A stretch of DNA of 64,000 nucleotides from assembly GCA_002269645.1 (NCBI GenBank), contig NIVC01000778.1, positions 124,001 through 188,000 of the forward strand, written 5' to 3'. Source of the stretch: Macrostomum lignano. Its lineage: Eukaryota. Positions 22,701 through 34,700 of this stretch are shown one piece after another; the stretch's first letter is position 1, and every line of letters begins with the position of its first letter. The translations under genes were made by a program, and so were the position numbers. The notes below the pieces were generated by a model that had not been told where the DNA came from, made no database searches, and saw only the letters and a list, made by a program, of their open reading frames with translations.

Positions 22701-25700
22701 GCAATTAAAGACAGGTGGGAAATTGTAGACAGCAGGTCAATTAAAGACAGCTGGGGACTTGTAGACAGCAGGGCAATTAAAGACAGGTGGGAAATTGTGG
22801 ACAGCTGGAAAATTGTAGACAGCTAGGGAATTGTAGACAGGTGGGAAATTGTAGACAGCAGGTCAATTAAAGACAGCTGGGGAATTGTACACAGCTGGGG
22901 AATTGTAGAGAGTTAGAGAAATCGTAGACAGCTAGAGAATTGTAGAGAGCTGGGGAATCGTAGACAGGTGGGGAATTGTAAACAGCTGGAAAATTGTAGA
23001 CAGAAGAGCAATTAAAAACAGGTGGGGAATTGTAGACAGAAGGGCAATTAAAGACAGCAAAGAAATTGTAGACAGCAGGCAATAGAAGACAGCTGGGGAA
23101 TTGTAGACAGCTGGAAAATTGTAGACAGCTAGGGAATTGTAGACAGGTGGGAAATTGTAGACAGCAGGTCAATTAAAGACAGGTAGGAAATTGTAGAGAG
23201 CATGGCAATTAAAGACGCGGCTGGGGAAATTGTAGACAGCAGAGTAATTAAAGGCAGGTAGGAAATTGTAGAGAGCATGGCAATTAAAGACGCGGCTGGG
23301 GATATTGTAGACAGCAGAGTAATTAAAGACAGCGGGGCATTTGAAGACAGCTGGGAAATTGTAGACAGCTGGGGAGTTGTAGACAGCTGGGGAATTGTAG
23401 AGAGCTGGAGAAATCGTTGACAGCTGGGGAATTGTAGAGATCTGGAGAAATCGTAGACAGCTGGGGAATTGTAGACAGCTGGGGAATTGTAGAGAGCTGG
23501 AGAAATCGTAGACAGCTGGGGAATTGTAGAGAGCTGGAGAAATCGTAGACAGCTGGGGAATTGTAGAGAGCTGGGGGAATTGTACACAGCTGGGGAAATT
23601 TAGACAGCAGGGCATTGTAGACGCAGGAGATGATCCGTATCTCGCTAAAACTACAGGATCTATTATGACACAAAGGCAAGATAAGTGATTTGATAATGAC
23701 AGATCAAAGACCAGGGTGAAGTTACTCTACTGAAGTAAGAAATTTGTAATTCAACTCAAAATCTAACTGGTGTCTCACCTGGATCTTCCAAAGTGGTTTT
23801 GACTTTCGAAGTGTCCTGGCTAGTCGGAGCTGCATTTGTCCCAGCTGAAAAGTGGCAGTTATATCTTGAATGCAGCTGAGCATGAGCACAAGCTAAAGTG
23901 CAAAGTATTTTGGAGTGAATGTTTGTACACATATTGGGGAACAGTAGAAAGTTGGGGGGATTGTAGACAGTTGGGGAATTGTAAACAGCTGGTGAATTTT
24001 AAACAGCAGGCCAGTTTAAGACAAGTGGAGAAATGTAGACAGCAGGGCAATTAAAGACGGCTGGGGAAATGTAGACAGCAGGGCAATTAAAGACGGCTGG
24101 GGAAATGTAGACAGCAGGGCAATTAAAGAGGGCTGGGGAAATGTAGACAGCAGGGCAATTAAAGAGGGCTGGGGAAATGTAGACAGCAGGGCAATTAAAG
24201 ACGGCTGGGGAAATGTAGACAGCAGGGCAATTAAAGACGGCTGGGGAAATGTAGACAGCAGGGCAATTAAAGACGGCTGGGGAAATGTAGACAGCAGGGC
24301 AATTAAAGACAGGTGGGGAATTTTAGACAGCTGGGGAATTTTAGACAGCTTGGGAATTTTAGACAGCTGGGGAATTTTAGACAGCTGGGGAATTGCAGAC
24401 AGCTGGGAAATTGTAGAGAGGTGGGGAATTGTAGACAGCTGGGCAATTAAAGACGGCTGGGGAAATGTAGACAGCAGGGCAATTAAAGACGGCTGGGGAA
24501 ATGTAGACAGCAGGGCAATTAAAGACGGCTGGGGAAATGTAGACAGCAGGGCAATTAAAGACGGCTGGGGAAATGTAGACAGCAGGGCAATTAAAGACGG
24601 CTGGGGAAATGTAGACAGCAGGGCAATTAAAGACGGCTGGGGAAATGTAGACAGCAGGGCAATTAAAGACGGCTGGGGAAATGTAGACAGCAGGGCAATT
24701 AAAGACGGCTGGGGAAATGTAGACAGCAGGGCAATTAAAGACAGGTGGGGAATTTTAGACAGCTGGGGAATTTTAGACAGCTTGGGAATTTTAGACAGCT
24801 GGGGAATTGCAGACAGCTGGGAAATTGTAGACAGGATGGCAATTAAAGACAGCTGGGAAATTGTAGACAGCTGGGGAATTTTAGACAGCTGGGGAATTGT
24901 AGACAGGATGGCAATTAAAGACAGCTGGGAAATTGTAGACAGCTGGGGAATTTTAGACAGCTGGGGAATTGCAGACAGCTGGGAAATTGTAGACAGGATG
25001 GCAATTAAAGACAGCTGGGAAATTGTAGACAGCAGGTCAATTAAAGACAGCTGGAAAATTGTAGACAGCAGGGAAATTAAAGACAGCTGGGAAATTGTAG
25101 ACAGCTGGGGAATTGCAGACAGCTGGGAAGTTGTAGACAGGATGGCAATTAAAGACAGGTGGGAAATTGTAGACAGCAGGTCAATTAAAGACAGCTGGGG
25201 ACTTGTAGACAGCAGGGCAATTAAAGACAGGTGGGAAATTGTGGACAGCTGGAAAATTGTAGACAGCTAGGGAATTGTAGACAGGTGGGAAATTGTAGAC
25301 AGCAGGTCAATTAAAGACAGCTGGGGAATTGTACACAGCTGGGGAATTGTAGAGAGTTAGAGAAATCGTAGACAGCTAGAGAATTGTAGAGAGCTGGGGA
25401 ATCGTAGACAGGTGGGGAATTGTAAACAGCTGGAAAATTGTAGACAGAAGAGCAATTAAAAACAGGTGGGGAATTGTAGACAGAAGGGCAATTAAAGACA
25501 GCAAAGAAATTGTAGACAGCAGGCAATAGAAGACAGCTGGGGAATTGTAGACAGCTGGAAAATTGTAGACAGCTAGGGAATTGTAGACAGGTGGGAAATT
25601 GTAGACAGCAGGTCAATTAAAGACAGGTAGGAAATTGTAGAGAGCATGGCAATTAAAGACGCGGCTGGGGAAATTGTAGACAGCAGAGTAATTAAAGGCA

Positions 25701-28700
25701 GGTAGGAAATTGTAGAGAGCATGGCAATTAAAGACGCGGCTGGGGATATTGTAGACAGCAGAGTAATTAAAGACAGCGGGGCATTTGAAGACAGCTGGGA
25801 AATTGTAGACAGCTGGGGAGTTGTAGACAGCTGGGGAATTGTAGAGAGCTGGAGAAATCGTTGACAGCTGGGGAATTGTAGAGATCTGGAGAAATCGTAG
25901 ACAGCTGGGGAATTGTAGAGAGCTGGGGGAATTGTAGAGAGCTGGAGAAATCGTAGACAGCTGGGGAATTGTAGAGAGCTGGAGAAATCGTAGACAGCTG
26001 GGGAATTGTAGAGAGCTGGGGGAATTGTACACAGCTGGGGAAATTTAGACAGCAGGGCATTGTAGACGCAGGAGATGATCCGTATCTCGCTAAAACTACA
26101 GGATCTATTATGACACAAAGGCAAGATAAGTGATTTGATAATGACAGATCAAAGACCAGGGTGAAGTTACTCTACTGAAGTAAGAAATTTGTAATTCAAC
26201 TCAAAATCTAACTGGTGTCTCACCTGGATCTTCCAAAGTGGTTTTGACTTTCGAAGTGTCCTGGCTAGTCGGAGCTGCATTTGTCCCAGCTGAAAAGTGG
26301 CAGTTATATCTTGAATGCAGCTGAGCATGAGCACAAGCTAAAGTGCAAAGTATTTTGGAGTGAATGTTTGTACACATATTGGGGAACAGTAGAAAGTTGG
26401 GGGGATTGTAGACAGTTGGGGAATTGTAAACAGCTGGTGAATTTTAAACAGCAGGCCAGTTTAAGACAAGTGGAGAAATGTAGACAGCAGGGCAATTAAA
26501 GACGGCTGGGGAAATGTAGACAGCAGGGCAATTAAAGACGGCTGGGGAAATGTAGACAGCAGGGCAATTAAAGAGGGCTGGGGAAATGTAGACAGCAGGG
26601 CAATTAAAGAGGGCTGGGGAAATGTAGACAGCAGGGCAATTAAAGACGGCTGGGGAAATGTAGACAGCAGGGCAATTAAAGACGGCTGGGGAATTTCAGA
26701 CAGCTGGGGAATTTTAGACAGCTGGGGAATTTTAGACAGCTGGGGAATTGCAGACAGCTGGGAAATTGTAGACAGGATGGCAATTAAAGACAGCTGGTAA
26801 ATTGTAGACAGCAGGTCAATTAAAGACAGCTGGGGACTTGTAGACAGCACGGCAATTAAAGACAGCTGGGAAATTGTAGACAGCTGGGGAATTGCAGACA
26901 GCTGGGAAATTGTAGACAGGATGGCAATTAAAGTCAGCTGGGAAATTGTGGACAGCTGGAAAATTGTAGACAGCTGGTCAATTAAAGACAGCTGGGGAAT
27001 TGTAGACAGCTGGGGAGTTGTAGACAGCTGGGGAATTGTAGAGAGTTAGAGAAATCGTAGACAGCTAGAGAATTGTAGAGAGCTGGGGAATCGTAGACAG
27101 GTGGGGAATTGTAAACAGCTGGAAAATTGTAGACAGCAGAGCAATTAAAAACAGGTGGAGAAATGTAGACAGAAGGGCAATTAAAGACAGCAAAGAAATT
27201 GTAGACAGCTGGGGAATTGTAGACAGCTGGAAAATTGTAGACAGCTAGGGAATTTTAGACAGGTGGGAAATTGTAGACAGCTGGAAAATTGTAGACAGCT
27301 AGGGAATTGTAGACAGGTAGGAAATTGTAGAGAGCATGGCAATTAAAGACGCGGTTGGGGAAATTATAGACAGCAGAGTAATTAAAGACAGCAGAGCATT
27401 TGAAGACAGCTGGAAAATTGTAGACAGCTGGGGAGTTGTAGACAGCTGGGGAATTGTAGAGAGCTGGAGAAATCGTTGACAGCTGGGGAATTGTAGAGAT
27501 CTGGAGAAATCGTAGACAGCTGGGGAATTGTAGAGAGCTGGGGGAATTGTAGAGAGCTGGAGAAATTGTAGACAGCTGGGGAATTGTAGAGAGCTGGAGA
27601 AATCGTAGACAGCTGGGGAATTGTAGAGAGCTGGGGGAATTGTACACAGCTGGGGAAATTTAGACAGCAGGGCATTGTAGACGCAGGAGATGATCCGTAT
27701 CTCGCTAAAACTACAGGATCTTTTATGACACAAAGGCAAGATAAGTGATTTGATAATGACAGATCAAAGACCAGGGTGAAGTTACTCTACTGAAGTAAGA
27801 AATTTGTAATTCAACTCAAAATCTAACTGGTTTCTCACCTGGATCTTCCAAAGTGGTTTTGACTTTCGAAGTGTCCTGGCTAGTCGGAGCTGCATTTGTC
27901 CCAGCTGAAAAGTGGCAGTTATATCTTGAATGCAGCTGAGCATGAGCACAAGCTAAAGTGCAAAGTATTTTGGAGTGAATGTTTGTACACAATTTGGGGA
28001 ACAGTAGAAAGTTGGGGGGATTGTAGACAGTTGGGGAATTGTAAACAGCTGGTGAATTTTAAACAGCAAGGCAGTTTAAGACAAGTGGAGAAATGTAGAC
28101 AGCAGGGCAATTAAAGACGGCTGGGGAAATGTAGACAGCAGGGCAATTAAAGACGGCTGGGGAAATGTAGACAGCAGGGCAATTAAAGACGGCTGGGGAA
28201 ATGTAGACAGCAGGGCAATTAAAGACGGCTGGGGAAATGTAGACAGCAGGGCAATTAAAGACGGCTGGGGAAATGTAGACAGCAGGGCAATTAAAGACGG
28301 CTGGGGAAATGTAGACAGCAGGGCAATTAAAGACAGGTGGGGAATTTTAGACAGCTGGGGAATTTTAGACAGCTGGGGAATTTTAGACAGCTTGGGAATT
28401 TTAGACAGCTGGGGAATTGCAGACAGCTGGGAAATTGTAGACAGGATGGCAATTAAAGACAGCTGGGAAATTGTAGACAGCTGGGGAATTTTAGACAGCT
28501 GGGGAATTGTAGACAGGATGGCAATTAAAGACAGCTGGGAAATTGTAGACAGCTGGGGAATTTTAGACAGCTGGGGAATTGCAGACAGCTGGGAAATTGT
28601 AGACAGGATGGCAATTAAAGACAGCTGGGAAATTGTAGACAGCAGGTCAATTAAAGACAGCTGGAAAATTGTAGACAGCAGGGCAATTAAAGACAGCTGG

Positions 28701-31700
28701 GAAATTGTAGACAGCTGGGGAATTGCAGACAGCTGGGAAGTTGTAGACAGGATGGCAATTAAAGACAGGTGGGAAATTGTAGACAGCAGGGCAATTAAAG
28801 ACAGCTGGGAAATTGTAGACAGCTGGGAAATTGTAGACAGCTGGGGAATTGCAGACAGCTGGGAAGTTGTAGACAGGATGGCAATTAAAGACAGGTGGGA
28901 AATTGTAGACAGCAGGTCAATTAAAGACAGCTGGGGACTTGTAGACAGCAGGTCAATTTAAGACAGCTGGGGAATTGTACACAGCTGGGGAATTGTAGAG
29001 AGTTAGAGAAATCGTAGACAGCTAGAGAATTGTAGAGAGCTGGGGAATCGTAGACAGGTGGGGAATTGTAAACAGCTGGAAAATTGTAGACAGAAGAGCA
29101 ATTAAAAACAGGTGGGGAATTGTAGACAGAAGGGCAATTAAAGACAGCAAAGAAATTGTAGACAGCAGGCAATAGAAGACAGCTGGGGAATTGTAGACAG
29201 CTGGAAAATTGTAGACAGCTAGGGAATTGTAGACAGGTGGGAAATTGTAGACAGCAGGTCAATTAAAGACAGGTAGGAAATTGTAGAGAGCATGGCAATT
29301 AAAGACGCGGCTGGGGAAATTGTAGACAGCAGAGTAATTAAAGGCAGGTAGGAAATTGTAGAGAGCATGGCAATTAAAGACGCGGCTGGGGATATTGTAG
29401 ACAGCAGAGTAATTAAAGACAGCGGGGCATTTGAAGACAGCTGGGAAATTGTAGACAGCTGGGGAGTTGTAGACAGCTGGGGAATTGTAGAGAGCTGGAG
29501 AAATCGTTGACAGCTGGGGAATTGTAGAGATCTGGAGAAATCGTAGACAGCTGGGGAATTGTAGAGAGCTGGAGAAATCGTAGACAGCTGGGGAATTGTA
29601 GAGAGCTGGGGGAATTGTACACAGCTGGGGAAATTTAGACAGCAGGGCATTGTAGACGCAGGAGATGATCCGTATCTCGCTAAAACTACAGGATCTTTTA
29701 TGACACAAAGGCAAGATAAGTGATTTGATAATGACAGATCAAAGACCAGGGTGAAGTTACTCTACTGAAGTAAGAAATTTGTAATTCAACTCAAAATCTA
29801 ACTGGTTTCTCACCTGGATCTTCCAAAGTGGTTTTGACTTTCGAAGTGTCCTGGCTAGTCGGAGCTGCATTTGTCCCAGCTGAAAAGTGGCAGTTATATC
29901 TTGAATGCAGCTGAGCATGAGCACAAGCTAAAGTGCAAAGTATTTTGGAGTGAATGTTTGTACACAATTTGGGGAACAGTAGAAAGTTGGGGGGATTGTA
30001 GACAGTTGGGGAATTGTAAACAGCTGGTGAATTTTAAACAGCAAGGCAGTTTAAGACAAGTGGAGAAATGTAGACAGCAGGGCAATTAAAGACGGCTGGG
30101 GAAATGTAGACAGCAGGGCAATTAAAGACGGCTGGGGAAATGTAGACAGCAGGGCAATTAAAGACGGCTGGGGAAATGTAGACAGCAGGGCAATTAAAGA
30201 CGGCTGGGGAAATGTAGACAGCAGGGCAATTAAAGACGGCTGGGGAAATGTAGACAGCAGGGCAATTAAAGACGGCTGGGGAAATGTAGACAGCAGGGCA
30301 ATTAAAGACAGGTGGGGAATTTTAGACAGCTGGGGAATTTTAGACAGCTGGGGAATTTTAGACAGCTTGGGAATTTTAGACAGCTGGGGAATTGCAGACA
30401 GCTGGGAAATTGTAGACAGGATGGCAATTAAAGACAGCTGGGAAATTGTAGACAGCTGGGGAATTTTAGACAGCTGGGGAATTGTAGACAGGATGGCAAT
30501 TAAAGACAGCTGGGAAATTGTAGACAGCTGGGGAATTTTAGACAGCTGGGGAATTGCAGACAGCTGGGAAATTGTAGACAGGATGGCAATTAAAGACAGC
30601 TGGGAAATTGTAGACAGCAGGTCAATTAAAGACAGCTGGAAAATTGTAGACAGCAGGGCAATTAAAGACAGCTGGGAAATTGTAGACAGCTGGGGAATTG
30701 CAGACAGCTGGGAAGTTGTAGACAGGATGGCAATTAAAGACAGGTGGGAAATTGTAGACAGCAGGTCAATTTAAGACAGCTGGGGAATTGTACACAGCTG
30801 GGGAATTGTAGAGAGTTAGAGAAATCGTAGACAGCTAGAGAATTGTAGAGAGCTGGGGAATCGTAGACAGGTGGGGAATTGTAAACAGCTGGAAAATTGT
30901 AGACAGAAGAGCAATTAAAAACAGGTGGGGAATTGTAGACAGAAGGGCAATTAAAGACAGCAAAGAAATTGTAGACAGCAGGCAATAGAAGACAGCTGGG
31001 GAATTGTAGACAGCTGGAAAATTGTAGACAGCTAGGGAATTGTAGACAGGTGGGAAATTGTAGACAGCAGGTCAATTAAAGACAGGTAGGAAATTGTAGA
31101 GAGCATGGCAATTAAAGACGCGGCTGGGGAAATTGTAGACAGCAGAGTAATTAAAGGCAGGTAGGAAATTGTAGAGAGCATGGCAATTAAAGACGCGGCT
31201 GGGGATATTGTAGACAGCAGAGTAATTAAAGACAGCGGGGCATTTGAAGACAGCTGGGAAATTGTAGACAGCTGGGGAGTTGTAGACAGCTGGGGAATTG
31301 TAGAGAGCTGGAGAAATCGTTGACAGCTGGGGAATTGTAGAGATCTGGAGAAATCGTAGACAGCTGGGGAATTGTAGAGAGCTGGGGGAATTGTAGAGAG
31401 CTGGAGAAATCGTAGACAGCTGGGGAATTGTAGAGAGCTGGAGAAATCGTAGACAGCTGGGGAATTGTAGAGAGCTGGGGGAATTGTACACAGCTGGGGA
31501 AATTTAGACAGCAGGGCATTGTAGACGCAGGAGATGATCCGTATCTCGCTAAAACTACAGGATCTATTATGACACAAAGGCAAGATAAGTGATTTGATAA
31601 TGACAGATCAAAGACCAGGGTGAAGTTACTCTACTGAAGTAAGAAATTTGTAATTCAACTCAAAATCTAACTGGTGTCTCACCTGGATCTTCCAAAGTGG

Positions 31701-34700
31701 TTTTGACTTTCGAAGTGTCCTGGCTAGTCGGAGCTGCATTTGTCCCAGCTGAAAAGTGGCAGTTATATCTTGAATGCAGCTGAGCATGAGCACAAGCTAA
31801 AGTGCAAAGTATTTTGGAGTGAATGTTTGTACACATATTGGGGAACAGTAGAAAGTTGGGGGGATTGTAGACAGTTGGGGAATTGTAAACAGCTGGTGAA
31901 TTTTAAACAGCAGGGCAGTTTAAGACAAGTGGAGAAATGTAGACAGCAGGGCAATTAAAGACGGCTGGGGAAATGTAGACAGCAGGGCAATTAAAGACGG
32001 CTGGGGAAATGTAAACAGCAGGGCAATTAAAGAGGGCTGGGGAAATGTAGACAGCAGGGCAATTAAAGAGGGCTGGGGAAATGTAGACAGCAGGGCAATT
32101 AAAGACGGCTGGGGAAATGTAGACAGCAGGGCAATTAAAGACGGGTGGGGAATTTCAGACAGCTGGGGAATTTTAGACAGCTGGGGAATTGCAGACAGCT
32201 GGGGAATTGCAGACAGCTGGGAAATTGTAGACAGGATGGCAATTAAAGTCAGCTGGGAAATTGTGGACAGCTGGAAAATTGTAGACAGCAGGGCAATTAA
32301 AGACAGGTGGGGAATTTTAGACAGCTGGGGAATTTTAGACAGCTGGGGAATTTTAGACAGCTGGGGAATTGCAGACAGCTGGGAAATTGTAGACAGGATG
32401 GCAATTAAAGACAGCTGGGAAATTGTAGACAGCAGGTCAATTAAAGACAGCTGGGGACTTGTAGACAGCACGGCAATTAAAGACAGCTGGGAAATTGTAG
32501 ACAGCTGGGGAATTGCAGACAGCTGGGAAATTGTAGACAGGATGGCAATTAAAGTCAGCTGGGAAATTGTGGACAGCTGGAAAATTGTAGACAGCTGGTC
32601 AATTAAAGACAGCTGGGGAATTGTAGACAGCTGGGGAGTTGTAGACAGCTGGGGAATTGTAGAGAGTTAGAGAAATCGTAGACAGCTAGAGAATTGTAGA
32701 GAGCTGGGGAATCGTAGACAGGTGGGGAATTGTAGACAGCAGGTCAATTAAAGACAGCTGGGGAATTGTACACAGCTGGGGAATTGTAGAGAGTTAGAGA
32801 AATCGTAGACAGCTAGAGAATTGTAGAGAGCTGGGGAATCGTAGACAGGTGGGGAATTGTAAACAGCTGGAAAATTGTAGACAGCAGAGCAATTAAAAAC
32901 AGGTGGAGAAATGTAGACAGAAGGGCAATTAAAGACAGCAAAGAAATTGTAGACAGCTGGGGAATTGTAGACAGCTGGAAAATTGTAGACAGCTAGGGAA
33001 TTGTAGACAGGTAGGAAATTGTAGAGAGCATGGCAATTAAAGACGCGGTTGGGGAAATTATAGACAGCAGAGTAATTAAAGACAGCAGAGCATTTGAAGA
33101 CAGCTGGAAAATTGTAGACAGCTGGGGAGTTGTAGACAGCTGGGGAATTGTAGAGAGCTGGAGAAATCGTTGACAGCTGGGGAATTGTAGAGAGCTGGAG
33201 AAATCGTAGACAGCTGGGGAATTGTAGAGATCTGGAGAAATCGTAGACAGCTGGGGAATTGTAGAGAGCTGGGGGAATTGTACACAGCTGGGGAAATTTA
33301 GACAGCAGGGCATTGTAGACGCAGGAGATGATCCGTATCTCGCTAAAACTACAGGATCTTTTATGACACAAAGGCAAGATAAGTGATTTGATAATGACAG
33401 ATCAAAGACCAGGGTGAAGTTACTCTACTGAAGTAAGAAATTTGTAATTCAACTCAAAATCTAACTGGTTTCTCACCTGGATCTTCCAAAGTGGTTTTGA
33501 CTTTCGAAGTGTCCTGGCTAGTCGGAGCTGCATTTGTCCCAGCTGAAAAGTGGCAGTTATATCTTGAATGCAGCTGAGCATGAGCACAAGCTAAAGTGCA
33601 AAGTATTTTGGAGTGAATGTTTGTACACAATTTGGGGAACAGTAGAAAGTTGGGGGGATTGTAGACAGTTGGGGAATTGTAAACAGCTGGTGAATTTTAA
33701 ACAGCAAGGCAGTTTAAGACAAGTGGAGAAATGTAGACAGCAGGGCAATTAAAGACGGCTGGGGAAATGTAGACAGCAGGGCAATTAAAGACGGCTGGGG
33801 AAATGTAGACAGCAGGGCAATTAAAGACGGCTGGGGAAATGTAGACAGCAGGGCAATTAAAGACGGCTGGGGAAATGTAGACAGCAGGGCAATTAAAGAC
33901 GGCTGGGGAAATGTAGACAGCAGGGCAATTAAAGACGGCTGGGGAAATGTAGACAGCAGGGCAATTAAAGACAGGTGGGGAATTTTAGACAGCTGGGGAA
34001 TTTTAGACAGCTGGGGAATTTTAGACAGCTTGGGAATTTTAGACAGCTGGGGAATTGCAGACAGCTGGGAAATTGTAGACAGGATGGCAATTAAAGACAG
34101 CTGGGAAATTGTAGACAGCTGGGGAATTTTAGACAGCTGGGGAATTGTAGACAGGATGGCAATTAAAGACAGCTGGGAAATTGTAGACAGCTGGGGAATT
34201 TTAGACAGCTGGGGAATTGCAGACAGCTGGGAAATTGTAGACAGGATGGCAATTAAAGACAGCTGGGAAATTGTAGACAGCAGGTCAATTAAAGACAGCT
34301 GGAAAATTGTAGACAGCAGGGCAATTAAAGACAGCTGGGAAATTGTAGACAGCTGGGGAATTGCAGACAGCTGGGAAGTTGTAGACAGGATGGCAATTAA
34401 AGACAGGTGGGAAATTGTAGACAGCAGGTCAATTAAAGACAGCTGGGGACTTGTAGACAGCAGGTCAATTTAAGACAGCTGGGGAATTGTACACAGCTGG
34501 GGAATTGTAGAGAGTTAGAGAAATCGTAGACAGCTAGAGAATTGTAGAGAGCTGGGGAATCGTAGACAGGTGGGGAATTGTAAACAGCTGGAAAATTGTA
34601 GACAGAAGAGCAATTAAAAACAGGTGGGGAATTGTAGACAGAAGGGCAATTAAAGACAGCAAAGAAATTGTAGACAGCAGGCAATAGAAGACAGCTGGGG